From Alphaproteobacteria bacterium (GTDB lineage: Bacteria; Pseudomonadota; Alphaproteobacteria; UBA6615), in assembly GCA_038131445.1 (NCBI GenBank), contig JAYPPL010000010.1, forward strand, positions 234,683-298,682: a DNA stretch of 64,000 bases. The letters run 5' to 3'. The number at the start of each line of letters is the position of its first letter. Position 1 is the first letter of the stretch. The notes beneath the pieces are model-generated. The model saw only the letters and a program-made list of their open reading frames with translations. It searched no databases and had not been told where the DNA came from. The position numbers and the translations under genes are program-made. Below, piece after piece: positions 48,498 to 56,549 of the stretch.

Positions 48498-49190
48498 TCA
48501 ACTTGTGCTGTCGGTCCGCTTCAGCTTGATGCGCGATTCCTCGCCGCGCAGCAGGCGGCGGATGTTCGCGGCGTGGCGAATCCAGACAAGGATCGCAAGG
48601 AAGATCGCCGCGCCCGCCACCTGCGGGTCGCCAAGGTACCAACCGAAGACCGGGGCGGCGGCGATGGAGACCAGCGCGGCCAGTGAGGAATAACGGAACA
48701 CCAGTGCTATCGTGAGCCAGGAGAGAAGGCAGGCGACGCCGACGGCCCAGGACAGGCCCAGCAGGACGCCGAGCGAGGAGGCCACGCCCTTGCCGCCTTT
48801 GAACTTCAGCCAGATCGGGAACAGATGGCCGATCACGGTCGCCAGCGCGGAGAAGAAGGTTACGTCCGGGCCGAAATACTGCCAGGACAGGAACACGGCT
48901 ACGAAACCCTTAGCCATGTCGAGTAGCAGGGTGGCGGCAGCGAGCTTCTTGTTGCCGGTGCGCAGCACATTGGTCGCGCCGATATTGCCCGAGCCGATCT
49001 TGCGGATATCGCCCAGGCCACTCGCCTTTGCGAGCAGCAGGCCGAAGGGGATCGAGCCCAATAAGTAAGCGGTCAGAGCCGCGGGCAGGAAGACTTGCCA
49101 GTCATAGAAGACGCTCTTCCAGTCCGGGATGGAAAACGTGGATTGGAAGACGGTCCAGTAGAACAGGAGAGGGCCTGCGCCGTCTTCCAT
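48498..49190 (-). CDS. plsY: Glycerol-3-phosphate acyltransferase PlsY
   Basis: 230 aa. YLLGSIPFGLLL, GSGNIGATNVLRTG, and FKGGKGVA. The N-terminus is about 20-25 aa longer than I expect for the family. Confidence 0.9.
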   Translation of the reverse strand: MEDGAGPLLFYWTVFQSTFSIPDWKSVFYDWQVFLPAALTAYLLGSIPFGLLLAKASGLGDIRKIGSGNIGATNVLRTGNKKLAAATLLLDMAKGFVAVFLSWQYFGPDVTFFSALATVIGHLFPIWLKFKGGKGVASSLGVLLGLSWAVGVACLLSWLTIALVFRYSSLAALVSIAAAPVFGWYLGDPQVAGAAIFLAILVWIRHAANIRRLLRGEESRIKLKRTDSTS

Positions 49191-49192
49191 GA

Positions 49193-50506
49193 CTAGCCGG
49201 TGGCGTCGGCGTTAAAGATCGTACGCCCGTCCACGACCGTGCGCCGCACCGTACCTTGTACGAGGCGTCCGTCGAAGGGCGAGTTCTTGGACTTGGAGAC
49301 GAACTTGTCCGGTTCGATCCGGCCCGGGCGTTCCGGATCGAAGATCACGAGATCGGCTGGTGCGCCTGAATAGAGCCGTCCGGTCGGCAGGCCGAGCAGT
49401 TTCGATGGCGCGCTAGTCACCTTCGCGAGCGCTTCCTTAAGTTCCAGGTGGCCGTTATGAACCAACTCCAGGGTGAGCGTGAGCAGGCTCTCCAGGCCAG
49501 CCGCGCCGAACTCCGCCAGTTCGAAAGGCAGGCGCTTGGCCTCCTGGTCCTGGGGAAAGTGGTCTGACGCGATGCAGTCGATGGTACCGTCGGCCAGCCC
49601 GGCGACCACGGCTTGGCGGTCTTCCTCGCTGCGCAGCGGCGGCGAGAGCTTTGCGAAGGTACGGTATTCGCCCACGGCCAGTTCGTTGAGGGCGAAGTAG
49701 GGCGGGGCGGTGTCGCAGGTGACGCGCAGCCCTTCGGCCTTGGCTTGCCGGATGCAGTCGACGCCGGCTGCCGTGGAGACATGGGCGGCGTGGTAGCGTC
49801 CGCCGGTCATCCGCGTCAAAGCGATATCGCGGGCTAGCATGATGGTCTCGGCCTCGCGCGGGATACCGGGCAGCCCGAGGCGGGTAGAAAGCTCGCCGGA
49901 TTGCATGACGCCACCTGCCGAAAGCGTGGGTTCCTCGGCATGCTGAACGATCAGCGCGTCATAGGCTTGTGCATATTTAAGCGCGCGTGACAGTGTCTTG
50001 GCGCTGGCGACAGAGGTGCGCCCGTCGGTGAAGGCAATCGCGCCGGCGCCTTTCAGCAGCCCCATCTCGACGATCTCGTCGCTGTTGCCGCCACGGGTGA
50101 TCGTCGCATAGGCGAAGACCTTCACTAGCTTCACCTCGCGCGCGCGCCGGGCGACGAACTCCAGCACGGAGGCGTCGTCGATGGCAGGATCCGTGTCTGG
50201 CAGGGTCACGACCGCAGTCACGCCGCCGGAGGCCGCGGCGCGGCTGCCGCTCTCGATGTCTTCCTTGTGCTCCGCACCGGGTTCGCAGAAATCGACCCGC
50301 ATATCGACGAGACCCGGCGCCAGCACGGCGCCTTCGCAGTCGATAATGTCTGCCACGGCCGGGCGGCCGCCGTTGAAGATGTCGGGACCCATGGCGACAA
50401 TGGTCTCGCCGTCAGTCAGCACACCGCTGGACGGGCTGGCGGCGTGATCGACGCCGGACGCCGGGTCGATCACCCGCGCGTTGATATAGGCGACCTTTCC
50501 AGTCAT
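49193..50506 (-). CDS. pyrC: Dihydroorotase-like protein (PyrC'-type, probably non-catalytic)
   Basis: 437 aa of class I DHOase/amidohydrolase fold, downstream of and overlapping pyrB. The canonical D-x-H-x-H-x-R-E-P-G reads [10 protein letters not shown], with both His replaced. The later PHH-type motif reads DTAPPYF. SDHFP is retained. Confidence 0.85.
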   Translation of the reverse strand: MTGKVAYINARVIDPASGVDHAASPSSGVLTDGETIVAMGPDIFNGGRPAVADIIDCEGAVLAPGLVDMRVDFCEPGAEHKEDIESGSRAAASGGVTAVVTLPDTDPAIDDASVLEFVARRAREVKLVKVFAYATITRGGNSDEIVEMGLLKGAGAIAFTDGRTSVASAKTLSRALKYAQAYDALIVQHAEEPTLSAGGVMQSGELSTRLGLPGIPREAETIMLARDIALTRMTGGRYHAAHVSTAAGVDCIRQAKAEGLRVTCDTAPPYFALNELAVGEYRTFAKLSPPLRSEEDRQAVVAGLADGTIDCIASDHFPQDQEAKRLPFELAEFGAAGLESLLTLTLELVHNGHLELKEALAKVTSAPSKLLGLPTGRLYSGAPADLVIFDPERPGRIEPDKFVSKSKNSPFDGRLVQGTVRRTVVDGRTIFNADATG

Positions 50507-51489
50507 TGCGCGGCTACCGGTCCTTCGCGGGTCAGCACATCGAGGCAGGCCATTCGGACCGCCACGCCCATTTCCACCTGTTCGCGGATCAGCGAACGGT
50601 CGATGTCGTCGGCCACATCAGAATCGATCTCCACACCCCGGTTCATCGGACCAGGATGCATGATCAGCGCGTCGGGCTTGGCGTGCTGCAGCTTGTCGTA
50701 GTCCAGGCCGTAGAACTTGAAATATTCGTGCACGGAGGGGACGAAGGAGCCCTGCATGCGCTCGCGCTGCAGACGCAGCATCATCACGATGTCGCAGTCC
50801 TCCAGGCCAGCGCGCATGTCGTGGAAGACCTCGACGCCCAGGCGCTCCATGGCGGGGGGCACCAGCGTCGGCGGCGCGATGACGCGCACCCGCGCGCCCA
50901 TGGTCTGCAGCAGGTAGATGTTGGAGCGCGCCACACGCGAATGGGCTACATCGCCGCACAGCGCGACCAACAGGCCCTGCAGGTGCCCCTTGCGGCGGCG
51001 GATCGTCAGCGCGTCCAGCAGGGCCTGGGTGGGGTGCTCATGGCTGCCGTCGCCGCCATTGATGACGGCGCAGTTGACCTTCTCCGACAACAGGTTCACC
51101 GCGCCCGCATTGTTGTGACGCACGGCCAGCGCGTCGGCGTGCATGGCGTTCAGCGTCATCGCCGTGTCGATGATGGTCTCGCCCTTCTTGATGGACGAGC
51201 TGGCGACCGCGATGTTGATGACGTCTGCGCCCAGGCGCATGCCCGCCAGCTCGAAAGAGGTGCGGGTGCGTGTTGAATCTTCGAAGAACAGGTTGATGAG
51301 CGTCTTGTCGCGCATAAGGTCCAGCTTTGGGCCGCGCGCGCGGTTGTATTCGGCGTAGTGGTTCGACAGGTCGAGCAGATAGCCGATCTCTTCCGGGGAG
51401 AGATCCTGGATACCAAGCAAATGGCGATGGGGAAACGGAAATTCCGCCGGCAAATCGGAGATCGAATAACCTGTTTGGGCGACACTCAT
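50503..51489 (-). CDS. pyrB: Aspartate carbamoyltransferase catalytic subunit
   Basis: 328 aa. [28 protein letters not shown]. Confidence 0.95.
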   Translation of the reverse strand: MSVAQTGYSISDLPAEFPFPHRHLLGIQDLSPEEIGYLLDLSNHYAEYNRARGPKLDLMRDKTLINLFFEDSTRTRTSFELAGMRLGADVINIAVASSSIKKGETIIDTAMTLNAMHADALAVRHNNAGAVNLLSEKVNCAVINGGDGSHEHPTQALLDALTIRRRKGHLQGLLVALCGDVAHSRVARSNIYLLQTMGARVRVIAPPTLVPPAMERLGVEVFHDMRAGLEDCDIVMMLRLQRERMQGSFVPSVHEYFKFYGLDYDKLQHAKPDALIMHPGPMNRGVEIDSDVADDIDRSLIREQVEMGVAVRMACLDVLTREGPVAAQ

Positions 51490-51644
51490 TAAAATTGGAA
51501 TATAGGGATCGGACTCCGTCTATTGCAAGCGATGGTTCTGTGGGTGGTTTTCCGCCGGGGATCCGGCTTCTGGCGGCGCATCGCGCGCTTCTGCTAGAAG
51601 CGGAGTGCGATGTAAAACGCAAAAGATCAATCGGGGGCCGCACT

Positions 51645-52415
51645 ATGAAAGCGGTGATACTGGCGGGCGGGCGCGGCACGCGCCTGTCGGAAGAAACGGA
51701 ACTTCGGCCCAAGCCGATGGTCGAGATCGGCGGCCGGCCGATACTTTGGCACATCATGAAGATCTACGGCCATTTCGGGATTACCGATTTCGTGATCTGC
51801 CTCGGCTACCGCGGCTACATGATCAAGGAATACTTCGCCAACTATGTCCTGCATTCTGCCGACGTAACAATCGACCTGGCGGACAACGATATCCGGTACC
51901 ACACCGGTGCGGCCGAGCCCTGGCGGGTCACGCTGGTCGATACCGGCGAGGACACTCAGACCGGCGGCCGGATCGGGCGTGTGGCCGACTATCTGGACGG
52001 AGAGCGCTTCTGCCTTACCTATGGCGACGGCGTAGCTGACATTGACGTGAAGGCCTCCATCGCCTTCCACGAGGCGCAGGGCGCCACCTGCACCATGACG
52101 GCGGTGCGCCCACCCGGCCGGTTTGGCGCGATAGAGATGAACGGCGACCGTGTTGCGCGCTTTGCGGAAAAGCCCCGCGGCGACGGCGGCTCAATCAACG
52201 GCGGCTTCTTCGTGTGCGAGCCGGAAGTGCTCAAACTAATCGATGGCGACGACTGCGTGTGGGAGCAGGGTCCGCTGAACACCCTGGCGTCGTCGGGCGA
52301 GCTCACCGCGTTCCGCCATGACGGCTTCTGGCAGCCCATGGACACGCTGCGCGAGAAGAACCAGCTCGAATCCTTGTGGTATTCCGGCGAGGCGCCCTGG
52401 AAGGTTTGGGGTTAG
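51645..52415 (+). CDS. rfbF: Glucose-1-phosphate cytidylyltransferase
   Basis: The internal start [41 protein letters not shown] at 51645 gives 256 aa. The C-terminal [11 protein letters not shown] motif is present. Confidence 0.9.
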   Translation: MKAVILAGGRGTRLSEETELRPKPMVEIGGRPILWHIMKIYGHFGITDFVICLGYRGYMIKEYFANYVLHSADVTIDLADNDIRYHTGAAEPWRVTLVDTGEDTQTGGRIGRVADYLDGERFCLTYGDGVADIDVKASIAFHEAQGATCTMTAVRPPGRFGAIEMNGDRVARFAEKPRGDGGSINGGFFVCEPEVLKLIDGDDCVWEQGPLNTLASSGELTAFRHDGFWQPMDTLREKNQLESLWYSGEAPWKVWG

Positions 52416-52429
52416 GTTCCCGGCCGGGG

Positions 52430-52618
52430 TCATACCCACCCAAACCTTCCCCCATCAAGTTCGATGATGACTTTAGGGTCGAAGCACACGAAATCGACGA
52501 TGTATCGTCCGGGCGGTACTTGATGTCGAAAAATATGTCCTTCGACCTGCTTATTTCATAGCGTGCGCCAGAGGGCTCTAAAAGCGTCGGTTATTTTGGC
52601 GCACAGGCTGCGTGCCTG
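52430..52618 (-). pseudogene. Remnant of a DUF559 (Vsr-like endonuclease domain) gene
   Basis: Hand translation of the minus strand: QARSLCAKITDAFRALWRTL*NKQVEGHIFRHQVPPGRYIVDFVCFDPKVIIELDGGRFGWV*. This follows the DUF559 pattern (LW..LR...G.KFRRQ.PIG.YI.DF.C....L.IELDG.QH). There is an in-frame TGA at 52556-52558 and the C-terminal third is missing. Confidence 0.6.
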
Positions 52619-52632
52619 TTAAATCGGTCGCC

Positions 52633-53154
52633 TCACCGATTCCCAAACTCCGCGAAATAGCGTTGGAGCAGTAACTCGACTTCATTGAGTGGCGTGTTCA
52701 GGAACCCGGGCGGCAATGCGATGGCCTTCTCCGACAGGGTCTGCATGATCTGCACCAGCCAACGGCGTGGCAGGCCGATGCGCCAGACCACGGCGTCCTT
52801 GTCAGCCAGAGTCACCGAGATGTGGTGGACCAGATAATTCTTCTTCCGCTCGATCGCGCAGACCTCGTCCCAGCCGATCCGTCCGGCCGCGATGATTGAG
52901 GAGTTGTCGTGAATACCGTCCACCCCGACGACCAGTGATGGCGCGCGCCGGACCAGTCGGAAGATCGCATAGATTTCCAGCAATCCGAAATAGACGGTCA
53001 CGCCCGCGCCGATCAGCCGGTACAGTGTTTCCGGGAAGGTGACGAGCGCTAGCCCTGTGAATATGAAGCCCGCATAGAGGACGACATTCACCAGCACCCG
53101 CCAGACAGACGGATAGATTGCAATGTCGGGGAACTGGTCCTGCGCCTCCTTCAT
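52633..53154 (-). CDS. Hypothetical membrane protein (two N-terminal TM helices plus a soluble C-terminal domain)
   Basis: 173 aa. The start overlaps the ruvX stop (ATGA). Two hydrophobic helices (VLVNVVLYAGFIFTGLALV; LIGAGVTVYFGLLEIYAIF). I cannot name a family with confidence. Confidence 0.55.
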   Translation of the reverse strand: MKEAQDQFPDIAIYPSVWRVLVNVVLYAGFIFTGLALVTFPETLYRLIGAGVTVYFGLLEIYAIFRLVRRAPSLVVGVDGIHDNSSIIAAGRIGWDEVCAIERKKNYLVHHISVTLADKDAVVWRIGLPRRWLVQIMQTLSEKAIALPPGFLNTPLNEVELLLQRYFAEFGNR

Positions 53155-53618
53155 AGCCGCCGGATGAAATCCATGAAATTCTGCAGGATGATTGCTGCGG
53201 CCATCTTGTCGATGACCTCCCCACGGCGCTTACGTGTCATATCGGCCTGATCTATCAGAACGCGTTCCGCTTCCGCAGACGTCAGTCGTTCGTCCCAGAA
53301 TGCTATAGGCAGGTTGGTCTTGCCGATCATGTTCTGGGCGAAAGCGCGAGTGGATTGCGCGCGTGGCCCTTCCGTTCCGTCCATGTTGCGCGGCAGCCCT
53401 AGAACAATCCCGCCCACATTCTTTTCGGTGATGATCTCGAGCAATTGCTTGGCGTCGGCGGTGAATTTCGTCCGCCGGATGGTCTGCAGCGGTGAGGCAA
53501 CCGTGAAGGCGGAGTCGGATACCGCGAGACCAATGGTTTTGGTTCCGAGATCAAGGCCGATCAGACGTGCCTGTGGCACGATTTTTGTTGTCATCTCATT
53601 GGGTTCAATCAATGGCAT
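53151..53618 (-). CDS. ruvX: Holliday junction resolvase-like protein RuvX (YqgF)
   Basis: LIGLDLGTKTIGLAVSD, GIVLGLPRNMDGTEG, and DERLTSAEAE. ATG at 53618 gives 155 aa; the ORF opens with GTG at 53654. Confidence 0.9.
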   Translation of the reverse strand: MPLIEPNEMTTKIVPQARLIGLDLGTKTIGLAVSDSAFTVASPLQTIRRTKFTADAKQLLEIITEKNVGGIVLGLPRNMDGTEGPRAQSTRAFAQNMIGKTNLPIAFWDERLTSAEAERVLIDQADMTRKRRGEVIDKMAAAIILQNFMDFIRRL

Positions 53619-53997
53619 GGGCCCTTTTACGCATGTGAACGCAAGTGCGTCCACTTGAGCGTGGGGATTCAGCGTTTCGTTAAAGAAAATAATACCTATC
53701 CTCCTGATTTAATTATTAAATATACCCTCCGAGACATAATAAGAACTACACACGTACTGCTTCTAGTGTCGGTGACGGCCTTCGGTTTATTCTCGCCCCC
53801 AGCATCAGCAGCCACCTCGCGCTGAGAGAGCAAGCTGCCTTTGGCGCCGGTTTCATTTTGAGAATTGCTCGGACTTGCATCAGTTCAGACGGCTCGCGAC
53901 AATCCACGAAGCGCTCTGCAAGGACTAACACCAATGACACCACTCAAAGCCGCTCGCCTCGCCGTTCGGACCGCCCGCATCGCCGGTAAGGTGATCA

Positions 53998-54021
53998 AGC
54001 TCGGCCTGCGCATCCGGCGCG
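53998..54021 (+). repeat. Left copy of a perfect 24-bp direct repeat flanking the cupin gene
   Basis: agctcggcctgcgcatccggcgcg, identical to 54571..54594. Confidence 0.9.
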
Positions 54022-54179
54022 CGCGGCGTGGGCGTGGTCGTTAGATACTCTTCGGGTGTCTGGCCGCTTGGATGGCCGCATGACTCCCAAGCCACCCATT
54101 TCCGACAGCACTATGTCGGACCTTGCAGGTTCCGGCTTCTTTGATAACAATTTTGGCGCCGTAGAAATGGAGAAGCATC

Positions 54180-54509
54180 ATGTCCACAAAGTTAGCCGAG
54201 AAGACAGCCAACGAAGCTGCGGACAGACCTATCGCCACGCATAAGGTGCTGATGGAGGACGATCAGATGATCGTCACCCACTGGGTATTCAAGCCCGGTG
54301 AGCAGACTGGGTGGCATCGGCACGAAATGAACTACATGCCGATCCAGCTATCGGCTGGGAAGTTGCATTTCGACTTCCCTGACGGCTCTTCAAAGCAGGT
54401 GGACTATGTGCATGGCACGTCAAGCATGGTGATCGCGCCTGTCGAGCACAATGCGACCAACATCGGCGATGTTGACGTCGTGGCTCTGGAGATCGAGTTC
54501 AAGAAGTAA
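54180..54509 (+). CDS. Cupin domain protein
   Basis: 109 aa with GGAGAAG 6 nt upstream. The two-motif cupin pattern is present: GEQTGWHRHEMNY ... APVEHNATNIGD. Confidence 0.75.
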   Translation: MSTKLAEKTANEAADRPIATHKVLMEDDQMIVTHWVFKPGEQTGWHRHEMNYMPIQLSAGKLHFDFPDGSSKQVDYVHGTSSMVIAPVEHNATNIGDVDVVALEIEFKK

Positions 54510-54570
54510 CGCCAGTCGATGTCAGTTCGCGCCCTAAAGCTGAAGCTCGTCGCCATGTGCACCCCAAGAC

Positions 54571-54594
54571 AGCTCGGCCTGCGCATCCGGCGCG
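54571..54594 (+). repeat. Right copy of the perfect 24-bp direct repeat
   Basis: agctcggcctgcgcatccggcgcg, identical to 53998..54021. The copies are 573 bp apart, start to start. Confidence 0.9.
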
Positions 54595-54957
54595 TGCCGT
54601 GGCATATCTCAGCACGGAGCAGGTGAACCTCTCAAAGCTTGGTAACTATCTATGTAGTTGGAATATACCTGATCTTCTGAAGCCTCAACCTAAGCACGAT
54701 TACGATTTTAGCCACGTTCCGATGACGCTGATGTTTTCGACAAATGGACCTTGCGCGGCGCTAAAACGCGCATCAAGGAACAGTCAAAACTCCATTTCTA
54801 AGCTAACAAATGGAAGAGAGTTCAAAGTGCGGCTTTATTATGATAATGGAAAAATTATTTATGGAAAAAAGCGATCCAAGTATTCCGGGATATGTTCCGA
54901 CCGAAAACGCCGCAAATTAGATCGCGTGGTTTTCAACCTCACACCACGGAGTTCCGA

Positions 54958-55515
54958 ATGGAACAGATCAAAAAGTACGTTTCATTTGCATTAATGGCCG
55001 TTGCTTTGACCCTGTCCTCGACCGTTGCATTGGCCGGTGGTCATGGCGCCAAGGATATCGTCGATACGGCTGCAGCTAATGAAAACTTCTCCACCCTTGT
55101 GGCTGCAGATAAAGTGACCAACATCGGTCTTGTCGAGACCCTGAAAGGCAGGTTCCATTCACAAAATCTACGCGCCTAAAATCCAAAGCTGGCATTCGCC
55201 TGTATTCTTCTTTAAAAAACGAGGGCACTTTGAGAACCTCCTGAAAATTTGCCGGAAAATTAGAGAAGATGGCAGCTTATTGTTTTTCTCACCTACCACG
55301 TGCTTCCCGGTAAGGTTATGGCTGCCGATATTGCCGGCAAGAAACTCAGCCCTAAGACCGTTCAGGGCAGCACGGTCGATATCGACGCCACGAGCGGTGT
55401 GAAGATCGATGGTGCAACTGTCACCACTGCAGATATCGAGACCTCGAACGGCGTGATCCACGTGATCGATACGGTCATCCTGGTTCGTAGAAACTGTTAT
55501 GATAACGATGCTTGA
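54958..55515 (+). pseudogene. Fasciclin (FAS1) domain protein gene, disrupted in the middle
   Basis: The 5' part (MEQIKKYVSFALMAVALTLSSTVALAGGHGAKDIVDTAAANENFSTLVAA...GLVETLKG) is a signal peptide plus the FAS1 N-motif. The 3' part, in another frame (LTYHVLPGKVMAADIAGKKLSPKTVQGSTVDIDATSGVKIDGATVTTADIETSNGVIHVIDTVIL), is the FAS1 C-motif. The roughly 150 nt between them contains stops in all three frames. Confidence 0.7.
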
Positions 55516-55624
55516 ACTCCCCTCCCGTATAAAAATGGAAAAGCGTTGGGTGAGCAAAGTCATCAACGCCGCCTAGTGAGTGAGGTCGTTGGCTAGCCGC
55601 CTTCAGAGACGCTAACCTGACCCC

Positions 55625-55879
55625 ATGCTCGACCAAACCCCCATCACCATAAGCACCATCTCCGGCCTTGCCGGTTCCGGTATGACCCTTGCTCTCCATT
55701 GCCAACCATGCGGCCGGTGGGACGAGATTGTACCTGCTGAATGGCTGGAGAATGGCAGGCCCGATGTTAACTACATCCGGCAGCGGTTTAGCTGTTCTGT
55801 CTGCGGTAACGTCGCCGACAAGCAGGTGCGGGCATCAAAGTTGGGGATGTCCAACGAGACTGCGTATCGAGGGATTTAA
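55625..55879 (+). CDS. Hypothetical 84-aa protein with a CxxC...CxxC zinc-ribbon-like pattern
   Basis: LHCQPCGRW ... FSCSVCGNV. Composition looks protein-like, but there is no clear Shine-Dalgarno sequence and I recognise no family. Confidence 0.35.
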   Translation: MLDQTPITISTISGLAGSGMTLALHCQPCGRWDEIVPAEWLENGRPDVNYIRQRFSCSVCGNVADKQVRASKLGMSNETAYRGI

Positions 55880-56249
55880 CCATCACTTCACTTTTTTAAT
55901 CCCCCGACGGGTTCCCTGAACCGTTCAGGTCTCGAATCGCAAATTCGCGAGAGACTGAAGGATAAAAATATTGCCAATTTCAGGGCCTATGACGTGGCTA
56001 GGAACACGATATTCTCCCTGCGTTTGCCGCATCCCCATGGCAAGGCCTGCCCGAATACGTCCTTGAAAGGTGACATGGAAAAGGCCGGGGAACGCTCCAC
56101 GTCATCGGTCTGTGCGGTTCGCGGCGAACCGTCCTGGGGCGAGTAAGAACGAAAAAACGTCGCCCGACACGACTGCACCAATGTTGCCGCTCGCGGGTGC
56201 CGGTGATAGCTTCCGCGCCGATTCCTAAACGCGAACCGACCGGCCCAGC

Positions 56250-56537
56250 ATGGCGCTCGATACCGATACCGTGAAACGCATTGCTCGGCTCGCCCGCATT
56301 CATGTGGACGAGGCCGATCTCGCGCCGCTGGCGGACGAACTCAACAACATCCTCGGCTGGGTCGAGCAGCTCGAGGAAGTCGATACAGACGGCGTCGAGC
56401 CTATGACTAGCGTGGTCGAGATGGTCCAGCGCCTGCGCGCCGACGAGGTGACCGATGGCGGCGTGCGTGACAAGGTGCTCGCCAACGCGCCGGAATCTGA
56501 CGACGGCTTCTTCGTCGTGCCGAAAGTGATCGAGTAG
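56250..56537 (+). CDS. gatC: Asp/Glu-tRNA amidotransferase subunit C
   Basis: 95 aa. [17 protein letters not shown]...[22 protein letters not shown]. Confidence 0.95.
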   Translation: MALDTDTVKRIARLARIHVDEADLAPLADELNNILGWVEQLEEVDTDGVEPMTSVVEMVQRLRADEVTDGGVRDKVLANAPESDDGFFVVPKVIE

Positions 56538-56549
56538 GGCGGCGAGGCG

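Noticed and set aside
54038-54046. GTTAGAT resembling an integron attC core site next to the cupin cassette
   Set aside because: There is no matching inverse core (RYYYAAC) or attC-like imperfect palindrome at the other end of the cassette, and no intI nearby.
54557-54994. 145-aa plus-strand ORF in the AT-rich part of the islet
   Set aside because: Its composition is atypical for this genome (Lys/Asn/Ser-rich). It starts inside the right repeat copy, overlaps the fasciclin start, and has no motifs. It is most likely a chance ORF in AT-rich non-coding DNA.
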